Shown: positions 12,676-26,690, counted from the first letter of the whole stretch. The stretch is 63,989 nt of DNA, filler included, from Phoronis australis (GCA_002633005.1; 10 parts of 10 records of this genome joined end to end with filler, not necessarily neighbours in it); one strand, 5' to 3'. Notes: generated by a model not told the origin, from the sequence alone. A program made the numbers and translations.

Positions 12676-15600
12676 TTAATTACACTTAAACCACAAGTCC
12701 AGTCGAACCGGTGGTTTTACAACCCTCAACGAGCGTCTGGGTGCAGGCACCGGTTTATCTGAAAAAGCTGGCTCGGTTACAGTCTCTGGAGATGTAACAA
12801 GTTCATTGTTGACTTGACCAGTTGGAGTTTCCACAGTTTTTGCGAATGTTTTTGGTACAATCACACCATCAGATATCACCGCAGGTTCCACCACGGCAGC
12901 CTTCGGAATCACGGCTTCACGCACGTCAGTCTCCAACAACTGTAATATATGGTCAATGTGTCGTCGCATAACACAACCATCCAACAATTCGACCTGATAC
13001 GACACCGGCCCAGAAGGCGCAATAACAGTGGCTTTAAGCCATTTTTCACCAACAGTACCGAAATTTTTCACAAGTACTTTATCGCCTGGATTGAACACGC
13101 GGTCGCCACAAGATCCTGGTAGTCCTTCTGCAACCAATGTCTCTCGGACGTTTGCGCGGGTCGCATGTTGTCAAGACGAGACCGCAATCTCCTACGTTAC
13201 AACATGTTACAAGGTGGTTCACCAGCTGTGCTATGTGGGGTTAAGCGGTACCATATAAGCAGCTTGTTCAATCTTGTAGATAGTGTCCCACCTTTGATCT
13301 TTCGAAGTCCGTCCTTGACCACCTGTACGGCCCTTTCGGCCAGTCCGTTTGACGCGGGGTGGTAGGGAGACACAAGTATTTGTTTCACCAAATTGCTGTT
13401 CAAGAAGTCACGAAACTCTTCACTTGTGAAACATGATGCATTGTCACTAACAACCGAACGTGGCACACCATGATCTGTGAACAATTTTCGCTTGCTTTCT
13501 ATAGTCGCAGCGGATGACGAAGAACTGTTCACGTGTACATAAATTCACTTTGATTTTGCATCGATTATTACTAACAACATCTTTCCCTCGAAAGGACCTG
13601 ATTAATCAAGATGCAGACGTTCCCACGGTTCTCCTGGTTCCACCCACGGGAGCTTCTGCAGGCATTTTCCTGCCCTGCTGACAGTTCGAAAAATTTTTAA
13701 CTATCATTTCTATCTCGCTGTCCATTTTTGGCCACCAAATGTAACCTCTCGCTAGGATCTTCGCTCTCGAAATTCCCAGATGAGCTTCGTGTAGCTCACG
13801 CAGTACATGAGAACGGAGTGACTGGGGTACTATAAGACGACAACCCCATAAGACACAGCCATTGTCTACACTAAGTTCATCGCGACGAACATAATACGGT
13901 TGGTAACGTTCATCAGTCACCTCAGATGGCCAACCGAATCTCACAAAATGCAGTACTGTAGACAATACACTGTCTCTGGCTGTCAATCGTTTCACATTAC
14001 GCATGTTCGCAGAGGTGGTTGACAGAGTCTCCTTCACCCAGTTCACTTGGCATGGCATCTCCACTCGAGCCGGAGATTCGCGAACAGGCAACCTGCTAAG
14101 TCCATCAGCATTAGCCAGCTTCGCACCCGGTTTGCACCGAATCGCGTAATTGTATCCGGACAGAATGAGCGACCATCGCTTCAAACGGTCCGAGGCCATC
14201 TGCGGGATAGCCTTGTCGATTCCGAAAATTCCCATCAGTGGCTTATGGTCCGACTCAATAACAAATGTACGTCCGTACAAATATTGATCAAATCTACTTA
14301 GTCCGAAAATGATTGCGGCACCTTCCTAGTCCAGTTGACTATTGTTCTTTTCTGCAGTGTTTAAGGTGCGAGATGCGTAAGCAATAGGGTGCTCTGAACC
14401 ATCACTGTCTATGTGAGGGATAACTGCACCGAGACCATAGGGAGACGCGTCGCAAGCAAGCACAATCGACTTAGTCGGGTCATAATGTGTCAGTACCGTG
14501 TCCAAAGACAACAGATCTTTCGACAGCTCGAAAGCCGTGTTCTCCTTGCCTGTCCATGACCAACGAACACCTTTCTGTAGCAGTCTGTAGAGCGGTGGTA
14601 AGTGCGTAGGTGCATCTCGAATATATTAACAATAATAGTCCACCATTCCAAGAGAAGCACGTAATTCTGAGACATTTTTCGGACCCGGTGCATCGCGAAT
14701 AGCTGCAACTTTATCATCAGTAGAGTGAAGCCTCTCTTTGTCAATACGATGTCCAAGATAGACGATCTCGTCCTGTAAGAAGCTACACTTTTCACGATTT
14801 AGTCTCGAACCGGCATCTGAAAGTTTGAGTAACACTGCCTTTAAGTTCGCCAAATGTTCTTCCCGACATTTGCCAGTCACAACTATGTCCTCAAGATAGA
14901 CGACTACTCCCGGCAACCCTTGCAAAAGGTTGTCAATGGGTGTTGCCAAATACCTGGGGCGGAGTGGACCCCAAATGGTAACCGTGTATATTTGTATAAC
15001 CCACGGTGGGTATTAATTACCAAATACTTCTGCGAAGTTTCATCGACTGGCATCTGTAAATAAGCATTACTCATATCGAGCTTACTACACTGGACACCCT
15101 GTGCCACCTTGGCCTGTATTTCGTCAACTTTCGGAATGGGATGCTTGTCAAGCAGTGCTTCCTTATTGACAGTGACACGAAAATCTCCGCAAATGCGTTT
15201 CTTACTGTTAGACTTCACAACCGGTACTATGGGTGCGGCCCATTCAGAAAATTGTACCTTCTTGATGACACCGGACTGTTCCAGACGATCTAGCTCATCG
15301 TCCACTCGTGGCTGTAAGGCATAGGGTACGGGTCGGGCTTTGAAAAACTGAGGACGCGCATCAGCGGGCATGTGGATTTTAGCCACCTCACCTGTCAAGT
15401 TACCAAGTTTGTCCGCAAACAAATTCGTAAACCTGGTCAACAGATCATCCAGATCACTTGTGAACACTTTGTTCACTGATTCCCAGTCATTCATGGCTTA
15501 ATTTTTCCAGTTACGCCCTAGAAACATATGTAACCAATCACGCCCCAACAAGCTTGGAACGCTGTCCCAAACAACTAGTAATGGTAAGTCATACCGTTTA

Positions 15601-16582
15601 CCATTTACACTGACATGTACTGTAGCTTTGCCACTAAGTTTAATTGGTGACTTTGTATATGAATACAAACTGTCACTGGCATGAATCAATTTTACACCAT
15701 CAAAATGATTGTCAAAAGTTTTCCTGGCTAATCAATGTCTTGGGAGAGCCAGTGTCTACCTCAAACTGGAGAGGTTTACCATGGATAATAAGAGTCGTGA
15801 CGATCGGAGACTCTCCACCTTCTTGCCCATGGACTTTGTTTAGCAGGTCCTGAGACTCGGACACATGGTACGTGCTCTTACCTTTTGGCTTTGTGGTTTT
15901 GGGTGCTGAAAAACATTTCTTTCGTAGGTGACCCTTCTTACCGCACCTATGGCACTCCGCCTCCTTAAACCTACATGCCTCTGGTTCGTGCTTTCCACCA
16001 CAGCGAAAACACACTTTTGTCTGACTTTGCTGTTTCGTCTGACTCTGCATCTCCTTCTCCTTCCGCTTTTGACCCTGAACATAGTGTGTGCTACCACCAA
16101 CTGTCCCACCTATTAGTCCCACATTGCAGACAGCCGTTTCCAGTGCCGTGCACGTTTTTAGTGCCTTAGAAAATGTCAAGTCTTTTGTGGCTAACAAACG
16201 TTTTTGCATGTCTCACCAAATTCACACTTTCCTGCTAGTTGATACAAACGTGCCATGTACTGAGCAATCGATTCGTCCTTGGAGCGTTGGGCTGAGTGAA
16301 ATCTGTACCTGCAAACAATGGTATTTTCCTTGGGAGCATAGTGTTCTGTTAACACATCGATGAGTTCTGTGAATGTCTTATCTCCGGGCTTTGCTGGTTG
16401 TATCAGATTCCGTATGGTTTGATAAGTGGCTGGGCCACACGTACAGTACTCAGAAAAATCGCCCTCCTTTTCTCATCTGATTCCACGTCGTTTGCAACGA
16501 AATAAAAGTTCAGCCTCTCCACATAGTTATTCCAGTTTTCAGTGTCCACGTTATATTCCTTACACTGTCCGTGCATTGCCAT
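12676..16582 (-). pseudogene. gag-pol of Mag-like element, fragmented
   Basis: Two CCHC knuckles (CFRCGGKHEPEAC, CHRCGKKGHLRKKC), protease VDTGS, RT (WAAPIVPV, RICGDF, RLPFGV, YLEDI), RNase H (LACDASPYGLGAV, DHKPL, NADGLSRLP), integrase (LHEAHLG, VSDN, YHPASNGLAERAV, GPVSY). Multiple stops and frameshifts. Confidence 0.93.
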
Positions 16583-16606
16583 TGCTTTGTTTTTCTCGTC
16601 GCCAAC

Positions 16607-16761
16607 TGTGATAACTTTGGGAATAACAATGATGTTAATCGATAGCTGAGTACTATATTAATCATCCCAAACTACAGTAAGCAGCCATAACGGAAGAAGA
16701 GCATCAAGGGTAAAAAACGTGTTAACAGTAACGCCATCTGGCGACTAAACAAGCTATAACA
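16607..16761 (-). repeat. 5' LTR of Mag-like element
   Basis: Direct repeat of 12407-12561; adjoins the PBS. Confidence 0.95.
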
Positions 16762-18267
16762 CTACCGCTGTAACCGCTGATTTTCTTCAGTGCAACTCAG
16801 CTGTAACTCTCTTGTAACTAGCTTTAACTGACTTTCAGTTCTTAACTCACTTTTTAACTCCATCTTGCAAACCCGTGCTTGGGTATTAAGACTCATGCAA
16901 TGTTTTAGAGCTTTTCACCCATTAAAGTACATTCTACAAATAGCTTTCCAGAATGCACCCAATCATTCTTCCAACATTTACTAGTTCCAGATTGCGTTTA
17001 TCACTCACATGCGTGATTCTTTAGAACATTCCAAGCTATTCTTTGGTAACTAGATTATATCTATCTGCTAAAACAATAGAACAAAATAAAAAAAAACTAA
17101 CAAAGTCAGTCCACTTCTTAAAGTGTTCCCTAACGTGCAAGCTCCGCCTGTCGACTTAAGCACTGACGTTACATTTTCACGGGATATCCTGCACATGCAA
17201 TTGATAATTGTGCGGCTCTATAGCCCATCGCATAACTAAGGGGCTTTCAATCTTACAATATTGAATATATATATCAATGGTTTATGGTTTGTCTGTTCCA
17301 CGAATTCTGTACCTTAGCAGTCAAACTGGAATCAATTAACGGCGAACAATATCACCAAACTCCCCTTCTCTTCTGCGAAGTATTGCCGCTCTCCCTCTTT
17401 CGCTTCCAATTGGCTTACGCAAAAGGGAATGTCCCATCGTCAAACTCTTTCAGTAAGGCTGGCCCTTGCTTTAGCTTCTTGAATGCAAGGTCATGAATAT
17501 CGGTCCACAAAACATTCTTTGGCTGGCCTCTCTTCAATAAACCTGTCAACGGAGTATCTGTGCATAGTGAGGCACAAAGTTTCGGTAAGCCCTAGGAATG
17601 AACGTGGTAGAAGACGTTGGTCATTTCTGGATCCTCATTATCTTTTGGTCTTTCATAGCTATCCGGTTCTTCCAACCCAATGACCAAGGAACTCCAAGTC
17701 CTCCAAGTCCTAATTCTGCATTTCGACAGTTTTAGTGTCAAGCCTGTTTGTTTGACCGTCTAAAAGAGGTCTTTCAGTGTACGGAGATGCTCTCTCCAGA
17801 TGACAGTGTGGGGTAAGACATCATCACCATACTGCTCGATATTATCTGAGCCTACTAACATCCTCCTCATTATCCTGTTGAATGTAGCCACCAACTTCAG
17901 CAAACCAAATGACAATCTTAAGAACTGATAACAGCCCCTGGAGTAACAAATGCGGTTTTCTTTTTACTCGCCACATCCATGAGAATTGCCAGTAGTTCTT
18001 GGTGAAGTCGATCTTCAAAAAGAAACATTGACCATGCAGAGTCGGCATAATACCTTCAGTAGTGCGCATTCGTTCGTTGTCAAATTTAGTCACTGCATTT
18101 AGCCGTCGGTATTCAACACAGAACCTAGTGGTGCCACCCTTTTCAGTCACCAAAACTACAAGAGGGCTGTAAGCTGAAGAGTAAGATTCAATGATGTGAT
18201 GTTCATCTTTAACATCTTTTGCACTTCCTTCTTAACTAGGTCTTGAGTAGTGTACAGCATTGGCGTG

Positions 18268-18985
18268 TGTCAGACGATTGTCTGTGTGGGTTTGTTTAAA
18301 AGGTAGCTATGCTTTGAAGTTGTGCATAGATGGAGAGTGAATAATCAAATCCAGTAATTAATTTATTATATGATAACCCCTAATTAGACAAATGAAACCT
18401 ATTGTTAATTAAGTAATCAACTATAAAGAGAAACTACGCTAGCGCCCTCTTTAAAGATTACATTAATCAAACAACCAAACGATCAATTGTCTTATCTGCT
18501 ATCCAAGCTAGGACTCTCCACTTGTTGGATGTCTGTCCTGTTGGTGAATCTTCGAACTACACACACTGTATAGCGACAGTGTACTTGCTGGTCACCGTCT
18601 CTGGTGATGCAACACTTGCAGGCAATTTCTTCTACCCGCGATTCTTCTTGCTGGTCATAGTCTCTGTCTGATGACGCAACACTCCAGTAGTATCTTACTA
18701 CCCACAATGCAAGTGACAAGCTCTTAGTTAACTTCCGGTTCGTTAACCCTTGCCCTTGCCAAAATCCTTTCTAGAATCTTCCACGAGATGGCTCTGTCGT
18801 ACATCTGCTTATATACACTGTAGCAAGTCTTTATGCTTCTACTACTTTAGCGCATCTAATTATCTTGCTGATTTCATCCCATAATATAACATTCTACTTA
18901 TTGAGTGATTGGCTAATAAAAACCACATGGTCATATCCACTCGTTTTATTGGCTGTTACAATTTGTTCTCAGAATATTCTAGAAT
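18268..18985. mobile_element. Non-coding insertion (possible solo LTR) interrupting the Gmr1-like pol between INT and RT
   Basis: pol similarity stops at ~18265 and resumes at ~18990. The insert starts TGTCAG and looks LTR-like; no TSD found. Confidence 0.4.
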
Positions 18986-21900
18986 CTCTAGAGTACTTTG
19001 ACCCCAGAACCTAAAGTTGTAAACACCACAATATCATCAATATCACATTCTTCATCTTTGTCTGCAATGTTTTCAGCCTCGCTTTCGTGATTTTCCTTCA
19101 ACAGATTGGTATTGAAGATTTTAATTTTGCCGTTCGTGTTAATAGTGTTGTCCATACGGTTGACTGCTTCTGTAACTTGGTTTGGCCCCTTCGACTGTAG
19201 GTTGAGCTTGTTGTGGTATGTGTGAAGTATACCAACAATCGTTGCTTCACTCAAAACTGCCTATTTCTGGTTTCCTTGTCGTAGTCATGCTTGTGAATAC
19301 ATTATACAAGCTTTTTTCTAGCCAACTCGCAGGCATCATATAAGCGGTTCCTGAGCTCGAAGACATACTGGTAAGTATTTCGGACTTCGTTTTTGTTTTT
19401 CCCAGTTAAGAGCTCGCTCAGGATTTGCATCGAGACTCGTACTGTGTTACACTGCGGACTGTAAGGGGTCATATACATATGATGTGCGCTCACCAGCCTG
19501 CTGGCCGTCATCAGTTTCCACGATCACTTAGGATCTCTCTTGGGAGCCTAACTGCACTGTATACTTCTAACATCGCTTCAGCCACATGATCCGGCTCAAT
19601 CTTCGGCAGCTCCACTGCTTCGTGGTATCTGATAACAAAATCTACCCCGTGGGAGTATCTCTGTTTCCCTTTTCAGAAACTAGAGATTTATGGCCAATCA
19701 GATCAATCGCCATCGCTTTGAAAGGGTCCTCCATCAAATGCATATTTAAAATCGGTACATTGTTTACTCGACCTCTCGGTTCACACATGATGCCACACCT
19801 GGCCAATAGAAGTTGCTGGTAATATGGTTAGTTGCATTTCTATGCCTAACTGGACCTCCATCACATATGACGCTTTGCCTTCGGTCTTACTCCCACAATT
19901 TTTCGGTTGGTGAATATTTATTCTTGGCTTCTTTGAACTGCTTTACTCCTACCACTTGTAGGGTCGGAGATACAGCTAATAGCTTAATTACCGCTTTTTG
20001 TCGATTTACCTGAGCCCTGGTTGTGACTGCTCCCGCTTAACCTACTGGACTCATCAGCATCCGTTCTTACCAACATGTTGGTCACCACCTATTCATCTGG
20101 AGTTGAGGCCACTGGGTTCTTCAAGTGAGAAGTAGTACCCTCTTGAGCGTAGTCTTTCGGACCTTCCACCAGGCTTTTGCATGTTCTGTCCTTGTTGACT
20201 ATGCCGTCTGCTGTCGCTGAACATCCCGTTTCCAAGCCTCCTGGTAAGTCCCCGAAAATCAAATCGGCCACTGGACGGTCCATACACATCGCAAACAATT
20301 ATCCCGTGCAATACAGTGTCTTGATTTTGATCTTGGCTATAAGGAGTCATCTCTTGGTTGAATCCGGCATCTTGCATGACCACTTCCGACCGGTCATGTC
20401 TCCTGGTTCAACTTAAGTGGATCCAACAGCAACAGCTGTGGAGCCTGTGTCTCTCAAAACTGGGAACTTCTTCGCTCCAACATACTCCTCCTTCAGACAC
20501 AGCTTTCCTTTGAAACAGCGTACCTCGTCAGAACGCTCCACTGACTACTCTTTACTCTAAGAACCTCGGTGGTTCACCGCTGCTGACTTTGGGTGTCTTT
20601 TCAACAGTCTTTAGCTATGTTTCCAGACTTGTATCAGGTCAGTTTTCTTCTGGTTGACTCTCTGGTTGTCCCATTTCACTGGTCGTTCTTGCAACTTTTT
20701 ATACACGACTGAGTGCTTGTTATATCCACCCCATGGGCCTCAATATATATCTCTGCAAACCCGACCACCTCTAGCAAAGGCTTGGGTGCCCGCTCTCGCA
20801 GCAACAATACCAAGACCTAAGAACAGGTGTTCACGCACTGCTTATGCATCAACATGTCTCTCAACTAATAAAGTTTTTACCACAAACGGACACGTCAATC
20901 CACCTGTGAAAGTAGCGTTACAAACTGATAAACTGTGTCATCCCTCTCAGCCCTCCCTTCCCGGAAATGCCTGCGAAATCCCACTTGCGTCAGCACATAC
21001 CACGTCAGCAAGATTCTTTTGAGTGTAACATAGTTCAGTGCATCCATCTGCAATCATAAGGCCGGTGTAAACAAGCAGACTCTTGCCTATAAACAAAGGT
21101 CTAAGAGCAATTGTCCATTTACACTGGGTCCAACCCTGACTCTCGGCGTATCCTTCAAACCTTTTCAGGATATTGTCCTGCTTTTCACCAAACTTGAGTA
21201 GCTTCGGCTTTATATCATCAGTTGTCCCAACAGGGTTACCCCCAGTTGCAACCTGTTAAGCTTTAAGTGTTGCTAGTGCCCTCTCGTGTTTCATTATTTC
21301 TCTCTTCATCTGCTGTTCGGTTTCGTTGGCTTGACTTCTCTCATCGACTTCAGCATCTCGTGCTTGACTTCTCTCTTCGGTTTCACGAGCTTGCTGTCTC
21401 TCCTCAGCCTCACGAGCCTCAGCTTGTTGTTTTTCCACAAATCGTCCAAGCTTGTCTCCCTGCTGACGCATTTCTGGTCAGTGGGCCATCAACTCCCTTA
21501 ATTGAGACATTGTCTCCATTATTGAATCGCTAGTTCCAACAGTCCACTTTATCACACCTTGTTACCTTCAATAAGCTCCAGGGATTGTCGCCAATTGTTT
21601 CATTGTCCCCCGTGTGTGGGTGGGCGGAGATTGTTACCGACTGGTGCTAATAGCTGTCGGTGCTACAATTGACTGAAGACTGGTTTGAGTTAATCACTTT
21701 ATTAGTCACCCAGCACTACCACTGTTTGAATAGGATTGTGAACGTAGGGCTGGGATTAATAAAATGATTAACTTAAAAAACAATTTGCTTCCCTTTTAGA
21801 TTTCACATCATAGTTGAGTCATCGATAATTCATCAATACCCGAATGATATTCCAGTTTTTGTTTCCGATTTATGAGTAGACGTCTCGTCCCGTTCATATA

Positions 21901-22885
21901 TGAACTATATGACTGCCTGTACTACATGTAGTGTTTTTAATTCAAGCCCCAAATGTCACCTAACTTGATACATCCTGTAAAAATGCAAAGATACAGTATA
22001 AAAGTATTGATATAAACGTAGGCCTGCAATGAGTTCTATGCAAGAGAGAACAGGGGTTGACCAGAAACCAAACAACTGCGGCCCAAAAATGTCGACTGGA
22101 GTTTCGGGCTGACGTGGACAACCGGTTTACTAGAGAAGAGGTTGGTAATTAAGTACTAGTCCACGAGAGCACCAGCCATGAGCGGCAAGGTGGGGGTCAG
22201 CTGATTTTCACCAAATTTGGCACATAGGTAGTCCTATGGGATCTATAAACAGCGGTAAAGTATTTCCTCAAAATATTACGTTTTTCCAAAGTTATAGGCT
22301 CAAACACATTTTACGGCTTCGCAGCCATGTTTTCACGGTATAAAAACTGTCCAGTTTTAACTGTTCATATTTTTCCTTGAATGAAAGGTATTGATTTATT
22401 ATTCACTTGACATTGTTTTGTGGTGCCTGTAGATTGTTACACAGATGTCTTGAAACACGAATTCCGATTTACCACCCTCATTTAGTAGTTTTACTACACT
22501 CCCCCCCGTTATGCCATTTTGAGGTTGTGTTCAGTACACTGCTGTACCAAATTTGCCCCCACTGTTATGAGAATGAAACTTAGCCAAAATGTTGACAAAA
22601 CATGTTACTTTCATTTCATAAAATAAAAACTTTGTCAGCCAGTATATTAGTTATATATTTTGGCACCTCAAATGCACTAAAATGAGAATTTTTCATATAT
22701 CTGAGATCGATGCGTGAGCACCGTAAAATCCGATTGTCCTTCATGTTTTTCGATATTTTGCAACAAGTTAGTTCCTCCTGAATGTTTTGAACGTTTTACT
22801 ACTGATCATTTAGGGCTATAGTACCCCTAAATACCATACATGGCTCCATTTTGTAAAAAGCCGATTATGTCCTCCACAGTGAACA

Positions 22886-22985
22886 NNNNNNNNNNNNNNN
22901 NNNNNNNNNNNNNNNNNNNNNNNNNNNNNTTAATTAATTAANNNNNNNNNNNNNNNNNNNNNNNNNNNNNNNNNNNNNNNNNNNN
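22886..22985. other. Artificial contig spacer (44N-TTAATTAATTAA-44N)
   Basis: Identical construct also at 25660-25759, 29221-29320, 32709-32808, 34998-35097, 45455-45554, 48486-48585, 50761-50860 and 61634-61733. The linker has stops in all six frames. Confidence 0.97.
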
Positions 22986-24197
22986 TTTTTTTTATTTTCA
23001 TAAACCCAAGGTCTAAGAATACCTGTATTACTTTGACATTGTTCGTTGGGATCATGTAAACTGATATTATGTTTCCTGGACAAGGTACAGAAATTTTGTC
23101 TATCACCCCAGGATATGAGTAATTTTGAAGTGCCTAAAATTTCAAGCTCAACATCATCCCCTAAGAGTTGAGAAGAATGATTGGGGTACACAGCTAGAGT
23201 AAATATAAAATTTTTGATGTGTTTTGGCAGAACATGAGTGACCACAAAAATTGATGTCCTTAGTAATGAAAACAATACTCTTAATTTGGGAGGCAATAGT
23301 AATTACCACTGCGGAAATGTTGTCCATATTCTGTTATTTTTGGAGCTAAATTTGCTTCACCTTTGAGCGTCACAAAACCCCTAATTTCTTTTGTCGTTGA
23401 ATCGTTAAGAAATTGTTCTTTCAGAGGAGTGCAGCTCTCAACAGTTAATTGCTAGAATTGGTTTCAGCTTTTTGTATAAATTTGGGCATTCAATTGTGAT
23501 GTTTCACAGGTTTAATTAACAACTGAATTTACCAAAAAATTCGAAAACTTGTCTTGATTATCATGTCATTGTGTCACCAACAAAAGGTGAGCGATTGGTG
23601 AGTAACCGTGCGCATGTCACACCAGCATTTTGGTGAACTGAAAAAGCTCGTTTTACCTACAGCAATGCGCATGGTTCACATGCTATGACTATGAGAGTCC
23701 ATGTTGACCGGCTGCACAGGATTTTTGGGAGCCACCACTGAATTTAGCTGTAGTGTCATTTCCTCCTCTTGTTAAAGACAGTGACAAGGTAGCTACATGC
23801 CAAGCTAACTAGGTAAATGGTGTTCTGTGCTACTATAAACAGAAAGTAAAGAACAGGACCAATATATCTTAATCACATATTCAAAGTTATCACAGATGTC
23901 AAAGCTAAAGAAAAACCCTTTAAATCAAATGGCAACCAAATAAAGAATATAAATTTGGAGCATTTTCATTTTTGATCCAGCAACATAAACATTTGACTGT
24001 CCCCAGCAAGCTATTGGCCATTGAAATAATTTTTTGGTAAACCAGACTCTACTGTTACAGCTGTTTTTTAAGGAAAATTATACCCTCGAAGTTTTTTGTA
24101 AAGAAAGGACTGATGTACTATTTTCCTCAAAAAGCGACAGTAGTTAGTGGCATCAACGTAATCCTCAGAACATGAATAACAAATGAAGAAAACACAC

Positions 24198-24310
24198 CGC
24201 ACACGTCTTGAGCAGTGGTAAATCCACCGTACAGCAGGATATGACTGGGAGAGACAGGAGAAAATATCTGCCATGACCGACCAGATGGCTCAGCACCTGA
24301 CGGGAGTAAC
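24198..24310 (-). CDS. KLHDC2: Kelch domain-containing protein 1/2-like, internal exon
   Basis: TTTCAG acceptor and GT donor. Encodes LLPSGAEPSGRSWQIFSPVSPSHILLYGGFTTAQDVC, resembling the KLHDC2 GRSWH...LFGGFTT kelch repeat. Phase matches the 25466-25602 exon. Confidence 0.8.
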
Positions 24311-25465
24311 CTGAAAACAAGGAATTTATGTTCAACAACACTGTTATGACGTGAACTATTCAGACTTAAAACTAAAACAGATACGCTGTGGATTTGGAAT
24401 ATAAATAAACACGTGGTTTGAACACATCAAATAGCCAGGAAATCTGTTAGGTTTTTAATCGTGGCTGGATACAGGATACAGCTTTGGAACATTTCAATTA
24501 ATATTTACTAAAGGAAAAACTAGAGTGTATTGTCTTATTATATCAAAACACTTAATATTACGCAGGACTTTAACAAATTGTCAGTGTCTTTAGCTAAATA
24601 TTTACAAAACTAAAGACTTTAATACAGTAAAAGTACATACTTCCTGAAAGTAAAAAGCCTGCAGAATTCAATTTTTGAATTTAAACCAATCTGCAATTAA
24701 TTGGATCACGTGACCACGACTTTTTTTAGTAAATTTTAACAAAACAACTGTATCAGCAACACGACCAAATTTTTTCCATATAAATGTTTAAAACGAGATC
24801 GCAAAAACGCTTTTACGATTTTCTGAAATATCATTTCGATTCTGTTTTAATCAGTTTTTTCATGAAAATTATCAAAGTCCTATTTTTTTATAGAACTTCA
24901 AGCCAAACTGGAACATTTTAAAAACAATTCTTAGCAGCATTTTGGAGAACATTGTACAAAGTGTGGTGTCTGAAAGTTTCAGATGAATCCGATCTTTCAC
25001 TTCTTAGATCTAATGCCTCAGAGTTTACCAAATTTGTCCTACATAACCTGAAAGCTATGTGTAAAGAAGTTCATTTCCCTCAGTTTTGATGGTGATAGCC
25101 CGTTCTAGTGGAAGAGAGGTTTCATGCTCGAACATGTCATCAATGAGAAAATGTGAAGCTCAGGCTCACTAATCACTAGCTTGACACTTCTTTAACATTT
25201 GATAATTCAGTAAAAAAAGACTTTTCTTGATAATTTAGTGTTTTTTGAAAACACTTTAACCAACAATATTTAATATCATGAATTAATAGCTAAAAATTGA
25301 CTGCTCTTTATGTCTTGGAAACAACGCAAGTATTGACAGAACTCGGCTCATCACCATTTTGTTTTTTTAGGGTCAATTTGATTCCGTAATTGGTTTAAGC
25401 ATTCACACAAAGTGTCCTCTTATGGGCATAACTGGGCAAGCTCATCTGACTGGAGGATAACTCAC

Positions 25466-25602
25466 CTGGTTGCCGTTAGAGAAGTAAGATCCAGTGAGAA
25501 CAGATCGTTCATCCTCCTATTTAAGCACCTTCCTCCAAAAATGTACACATGTGAACCAATCTTGACACCAGAGTGCGCTGCTCTTGGTTGGATTGTTTCA
25601 CC
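25466..25602 (-). CDS. KLHDC2: Kelch domain-containing protein 1/2-like, internal exon
   Basis: AG|GGT...AG|GTGAGT. Encodes GETIQPRAAHSGVKIGSHVYIFGGRCLNRRMNDLFSLDL, matching PRAAH...FGGR...MNDL of KLHDC1/2. Confidence 0.82.
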
Positions 25603-25987
25603 CTTATCAAATAAATGAGAAAGTTAAAAAGTCCATCAACAGAATCTGCAAATAGTCTCNNNNNNNNNNNNNNNNNNNNNNNNNNNNNNNNNNNNNNNNN
25701 NNNTTAATTAATTAANNNNNNNNNNNNNNNNNNNNNNNNNNNNNNNNNNNNNNNNNNNNGNAAACACTTAGCGCCACCTGCAATTAACATGTGTCTTTAA
25801 TGGAGACTTGAAGCATTGGCAATTTTCAACATCTTTTTCAATTCTTTGTAATAATCATGCCTTCAAATTATCACTCTGATGTGATGGGATACAAAAGGCC
25901 TTGCTCCAGAAGGTCAATGTTGGTAAATGTTTGGGAAATCTTGCTCACCAAAATTTGAGATTGAGTCGAGCATTTTTCAGTGGCTGA

Positions 25988-26236
<249 letters not shown>

Positions 26237-26476
26237 TAATAAGCTGTTGACAACCTCCATTTTGTAACAACCACTTGTGATTTAAACTTTTTGAAAAATT
26301 TTGTTCAACACTACTCTCTTGCGGTTTGGGTTTTCCAGCACTGAAGAATTTGATGTCTTTAAGACGATTAAAAAATGGCCGTTTTGACAAAGAAAGGAAT
26401 TTTTCTTATTTAAACGACTCACTACAATAAAACAGATCTGCGTTCTGTAGTCACAAGAAACTTGGTAAAATGTAAG

Positions 26477-26690
26477 ATCACACCTAGTCTTTGTGAGAGA
26501 TCGCCATGTATTACAGAAGCATGTCAGGATCACACTAGTCTTTGTGAGAGATCGCTGTGTATTACAGAAGCATGTCAGGATCACACTAATCTTTGTGAGA
26601 GATCGTCGTGTATTACAGAAGCATGTCAGGATCACACTAATCTTTGTGAGAGATCGCTGTGTATTACAGAAGCATGTCAGGATCACACTA
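26477..26690. repeat. 51-bp minisatellite, ~4.2 units, intronic
   Basis: Unit GATCACACTAGTCTTTGTGAGAGATCGCTGTGTATTACAGAAGCATGTCAG. Confidence 0.95.

Larger units (their letters stand above)
12407..16761 (-). mobile_element. Full-length Ty3/Gypsy LTR retrotransposon, Mag-like
   Basis: 155-bp LTRs at 12407-12561 and 16607-16761 (TG...CA, 5 transitions apart). 5-bp TSD CTACC (12402-12406, 16762-16766). PBS TGGCGACGAG at 16604-16595 and PPT AAGGGGGGAAG next to 12562. Confidence 0.96.
12113..21720 (-). mobile_element. Old, decayed Gmr1-like Ty3/Gypsy LTR retrotransposon (PR-INT-RT-RH order)
   Basis: Minus-strand remnants in order: gag (KRFEGYAESQGW ~21130-21170), protease LRDTGS (~20440-20460), integrase (PFKAMAIDLIG ~19690-19730; TPYSPQCN ~19445-19470), RT (RFCVEYRRLNAVTKFD, KIDFTKNYWQ 17985-18130), RNase H (RWA...ENV ~17150-17235). 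LTR similarity between ~12130-12230 and ~21615-21710 (shared GAGTTAATCACTTTATTA). PBS-like TGGCGACA at 21593. Confidence 0.75.

Noticed and set aside
22930-22941. TTAATTAATTAA as a biological motif or piggyBac/Kolobok footprint
   Set aside because: It is always centred in exactly 44+44 N, so it is a synthetic six-frame-stop linker.
26477-26690. CRISPR-like array, or repeat-protein ORFs at 26282-26753
   Set aside because: The units are contiguous with no unique spacers and lie in a WDR13 intron. The frames are open only because 51 is divisible by 3.
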